This document shows, piece by piece, positions 61,034-64,000 of a stretch of DNA of 64,000 nucleotides; the first letter of the stretch is position 1; each line of letters begins with the position of its first letter. The notes below the pieces were generated by a model that saw only the letters and a list, made by a program, of their open reading frames with translations, ran no database searches and was not told the origin of the DNA. Position numbers and translations under genes: made by a program. The DNA comes from Myxococcales bacterium (GTDB taxonomy: Bacteria; Myxococcota_A; Polyangia; Polyangiales; Polyangiaceae): NCBI GenBank assembly GCA_043747615.1, contig JAYTOU010000091.1, positions 83,925 to 147,924 on the forward strand, written 5' to 3'.

Positions 61034-61297
61034 GTGTCCGCGCCCTACCGAAACGAGAACGAGAGCCTTCGCGCGGAAAACGAGCGTCTTCGAGGAGAGC
61101 TCCGCCTTCGTTCACGAACGCATCTCTTGCCGGCCGTCGCTCTCGTCTTCGCCGACGGAGTTGCCTTCATTCTGTTGAGGCCGTGGCTGAACGAGGGGAG
61201 TGACGCGAAATTTTGGGCTGCGATCGCCGCCCTCGTGGTCATCGCCGTCGCCGCCATCGTCAGCGCATTCGGATTCAAATCACCAAGCAGGAGCTGA
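61034..61297 (+). CDS. Small two-TM protein with N-terminal coiled coil
   Basis: GTG: MSAPYRNENESLRAENERLRGEL plus two hydrophobic helices; 3' end of ORF 60341..61297. Confidence 0.7.
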   Translation: MSAPYRNENESLRAENERLRGELRLRSRTHLLPAVALVFADGVAFILLRPWLNEGSDAKFWAAIAALVVIAVAAIVSAFGFKSPSRS

Positions 61298-61308
61298 GGA
61301 AGAACCCA

Positions 61309-62382
61309 ATGGACCGATTCAACACGAACATGGACACCCGTGGCTTGAAGCGCTTTTTGGCTGCCGCCGGCGTTCTACTGCTCGTTCTCTTCGCAGGCTG
61401 TGGAATGACGACCCGCATCGACGCCGGTCACGTCGGCATCCGGGTGAAGCTCGCGGGGAGCGATCGCGGCATCCAGGACATGCCCGTCGTCACCGGTTGG
61501 GTCTTCTACAATCCGATCACGGAGCAGATCGTGATCTTCCCCACCAGCGTGCAGAACGTGGTGTGGACCCAGAGCACGCACGAAGGAAAAGCCTTCGACG
61601 AATCGATCACCTTCTCGTCGAACGAAGGGGTGAACGTCACCGGCGACATCGGCCTCTCCTTCCACATCGAGCCCAGCCTCGCGCCCAAGCTCTATGGTCG
61701 CTTTCGTCAGAACGATCTCGCGCTCCTCGCCGACGGCTACGTGCGAAACACCGTGCGCGAGGCCTTCAACGACGTTGGCTCTCGCATGCCGGTGCAAGAA
61801 ATCTATGGCTCGGGAAAGTCGAAGATGCTGAGGGACGTGACCGAGCGCATGCGCGATGTTCTCGGGAAAGACGGCTTCGTGATCGATCAGCTGACGATCA
61901 ACGGCGCGCTCCGTCTTCCGCAGAACGTGGCCGACGCGATCAACCGCGCAATGGAAGCCACGCAGAACGCCATCCAGAGCGAGAACCGCGTACGTCAAGT
62001 GCGCGCCGAAGCCGACCAGGCCGTCACCCAGGCTCGCGGCGCGGCGGAAGCAGCTCGCCAAAAGGCGCAAGGCGACGGCGACGCCATTCTCATTCGCGCC
62101 CGCTCCGAGGCGCGCGCCAACGAGGTCATTCGTTTGTCGACCAGTCCCGCCGTCCTGCAGTACCGCGCGCTCGAGCACTGGGACGGAAAGCTCCCGACGT
62201 ACAACGGGGGCGGGCAGATGCCCCTTCTCACGTTCGATGCATCGAAGCTCGGCGCCGGAATGGACGAGACCGCTCGGGAGAAGCGCCTGAAGGAGCTCTT
62301 GAAGGAAGAGGATGCCAACGCCCAGGAGAAACCTGCGGCTGCCGCACCCGCTCCGGTGGTGTCTCCGACGCCCGCAAAATAG
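61309..62382 (+). CDS. SPFH/band 7 (prohibitin-like) protein
   Basis: GAGGA SD; LFAGC, IDAGHVGI, AEA-rich coiled coil, WDGKLP. Confidence 0.9.
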   Translation: MDRFNTNMDTRGLKRFLAAAGVLLLVLFAGCGMTTRIDAGHVGIRVKLAGSDRGIQDMPVVTGWVFYNPITEQIVIFPTSVQNVVWTQSTHEGKAFDESITFSSNEGVNVTGDIGLSFHIEPSLAPKLYGRFRQNDLALLADGYVRNTVREAFNDVGSRMPVQEIYGSGKSKMLRDVTERMRDVLGKDGFVIDQLTINGALRLPQNVADAINRAMEATQNAIQSENRVRQVRAEADQAVTQARGAAEAARQKAQGDGDAILIRARSEARANEVIRLSTSPAVLQYRALEHWDGKLPTYNGGGQMPLLTFDASKLGAGMDETAREKRLKELLKEEDANAQEKPAAAAPAPVVSPTPAK

Positions 62383-62399
62383 AGGCTTCTGAAAGTGGT

Positions 62400-62428
62400 T
62401 TGACGACGCGTAGGGCCCGGGCTATACG
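62400..62428 (+). promoter_or_regulatory. Candidate sigma70-type promoter for the HARE-HTH gene
   Basis: TTGACG-17nt-TATACG, ~175 nt upstream of ATG 62605. Confidence 0.5.
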
Positions 62429-62604
62429 CCCAGGGCGAGTCGGGTCTTCGCGTAGCCACCTCCTGAAAAGGAAGCGCCTGCAGAAGACCGGCCGCGAAAG
62501 AGGGGCGTCGCGTCGGGGGGACCATGAGGGTTCGCTGGCCGAAAGATGCCCGGAGCAAATCCCCGGATCGGAAGATCCTCGGGGGATACCTGGAAAGAGA
62601 AACA

Positions 62605-63609
62605 ATGACGTTTACCGAAGCCGCTGCAGAGGTCCTACGCCTCGCCGGCAAAGCATTGCACTACAAAGAGATCACGGAGCTCGCGATCGAGAAGAATCTT
62701 CTCTCGCACGTGGGTAAGAGCCCGGAGGTCACGATGGGCGCGCGCCTCGCTGCGCTCCTCAAGAAAGAGGACAAGACAAACCCCATCGTCCGCGTGAAGC
62801 CGGGCGTTTTCGCGCTCCGAGACTGGGACGAAAAGGGCAAGGGGAAGAAAGCGGCCAAGGGCGCGTCTGCGTCGGACGACGACGACGCGGGCGAAGGCGG
62901 AGACGAGATCAACGCGCTCGAGGTGGAAGCCGCCACGCGCGAGCCCGCTCCCCGGCCAAACAGCTCACGTCACCTCATCGAGGACGACGAAGACGACCGC
63001 CCGATCGTGTCGGGGGAAGACGCTCTTCGCGCCGACCTCGCCGCACGCGGTGCCGAGCTCTTCGACGACGAAGACGACGACGATCAGCCCATTCTCGCGG
63101 GCCCCGGCACCTCCACCACGACGACCACCATTGGCGGCGCGCCGGGAGCGGAAGGCGCGGCAGGAGAAGGCGGTCGCAGGCGTCGGCGTCGCCGACGTCG
63201 AGGTCGCGGGGGATCAGCCGGCGAAGGCTTCGTCGGCGGCGAGCGCACCTCGTCCCCGCGCATCGACGGTCAGCCCGCCCGCGACGGTGGCCAGAGCCGG
63301 GACAGCGGGCGCGACGGCCAATCAGGGCAGTCGCGCGATCAAGGCGGACGCGATGGACAATCACGCGATGGACAATCACGCGATGGACAGATTCAGCCCC
63401 AGCAAATCACCTCGCTGGACGGTGACTCCGACTCGATGCGTGATCCGCTCGCGCCGTCACCCCGTCCGATGGTCCGCGATCGCCACCAGATCATGTCGGG
63501 AGGTGCCCCGAGTGGCATCGACGTCCCGGTCGGCGAAGGCGAAGAGCTCGTGGGACGTGAGCTCGCCGATGCGACGATCATGGTGCTCAGATCACATCTC
63601 ATCAGCTGA
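62605..63609 (+). CDS. HARE-HTH (winged helix) protein with acidic and Arg-rich disordered region, apparently truncated at ~63590
   Basis: MTFTEAAAEVLR....LHYKEITELAIEKNLL..GKSP..TMGARL; the stop at 63607-63609 lies in compositionally foreign DNA. Confidence 0.85.
   Translation: MTFTEAAAEVLRLAGKALHYKEITELAIEKNLLSHVGKSPEVTMGARLAALLKKEDKTNPIVRVKPGVFALRDWDEKGKGKKAAKGASASDDDDAGEGGDEINALEVEAATREPAPRPNSSRHLIEDDEDDRPIVSGEDALRADLAARGAELFDDEDDDDQPILAGPGTSTTTTTIGGAPGAEGAAGEGGRRRRRRRRRGRGGSAGEGFVGGERTSSPRIDGQPARDGGQSRDSGRDGQSGQSRDQGGRDGQSRDGQSRDGQIQPQQITSLDGDSDSMRDPLAPSPRPMVRDRHQIMSGGAPSGIDVPVGEGEELVGRELADATIMVLRSHLIS
63349..63390 (+). repeat. 15 bp coding tandem repeat CGCGATGGACAATCA, ~2.8 copies (RDGQS)
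   Basis: Read directly; degenerate copies upstream from ~63280. Confidence 0.9.
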
Positions 63610-64000
63610 ACATAACGTTGCAGTGCAGTATATAGTTTAGTATCCCGTACATCTCACTCTATAGTATGATGCTTAGACAGCGCTCCTTGACTTCCGATGT
63701 TTTGAATTGAATTAAATTGATTTCAGACGTGGGTCATGTCCAGACATAGATAGCTGATATGATGACAACCTGTAAGGACAGCTGCATGCATCCTCTGTAT
63801 GTCTGCACTGAGCCACAATCAACTAGAAGGGTCCGATGAGATACTGTAGCTTGCTTGATTGGCTGAGTAGCTGACTTGGTGGTATCAGTCTCAATAACAA
63901 TGTCAGTCGACTCCGCTGTCACCCCCACTGCTGCTGCTCTTGTCACTCTCCATCACTGCTGTGCGAATCGTGTGTGCGCTGTGACTGTGTCTCTGACTAT
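63590..64000. other. Compositionally foreign low-GC segment (chimeric join or insertion)
   Basis: Manual count 183 G+C in 400 nt (63601-64000), about 11 CG dinucleotides, no convincing gene. Confidence 0.85.

Noticed and set aside
62455..62480. SRP RNA-like TCC..AAGGAAGC segment
   Set aside because: Lacks the CAGG strand and GCAGC of SRP domain IV; kept only as a generic hairpin
62555..62590. c-di-GMP-I riboswitch (GCAAA plus GNRA stem)
   Set aside because: The following GACGCAAAGC element and second stem are absent
63734..63946. 70 aa minus-strand ORF in the low-GC tail
   Set aside because: No motifs or clear initiation signal; length compatible with chance

Overview
High-GC (roughly two-thirds G+C) bacterial chromosome segment. 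Gene content (three Hanks-type Ser/Thr kinases, a PP2C phosphatase, many Cys-rich or Asp-Gly-rich lipoproteins, a TIGR02265-like domain, a HARE-HTH protein) points to a myxobacterium, probably Polyangiaceae/Labilithrix-like; this is inferred, not searched. Housekeeping genes: frr, a B12-dependent acyl-CoA mutase large subunit with isobutyryl-CoA mutase residues, a Bacillus-type hemE-hemH-hemY operon, mlaD, lipB, guaB, glnE. Accessory blocks: a DUF362/polyferredoxin pair, a nucleotidase-fold/tetraheme cytochrome c fusion, a ~15 kb beta-1,2-glucan block (Cgs synthase, Usp, GH144, two sensor kinases), a DUF2752/CD225 pair and a TPR-HupE/UreJ-DUF4331 cluster. My best candidate for an undescribed system is the DUF4331 cluster: predicted signal cleavage exposes a Ser-Ser-His (ATCUN) terminus and a His1 terminus next to a Ni-permease fold, suggesting Ni/Cu capture. 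Beyond the ORF track I see three internally deleted pseudogenes, a recurring TAnnnT box 6-7 nt before start codons (leaderless mRNA), a GNRA-hairpin leader, and an abrupt switch at ~63590 to ~46% GC, CpG-poor DNA that truncates the last gene. No rRNA, tRNA, CRISPR array, transposase or integrase was recognised. Family names come from motif recognition, not database searches.
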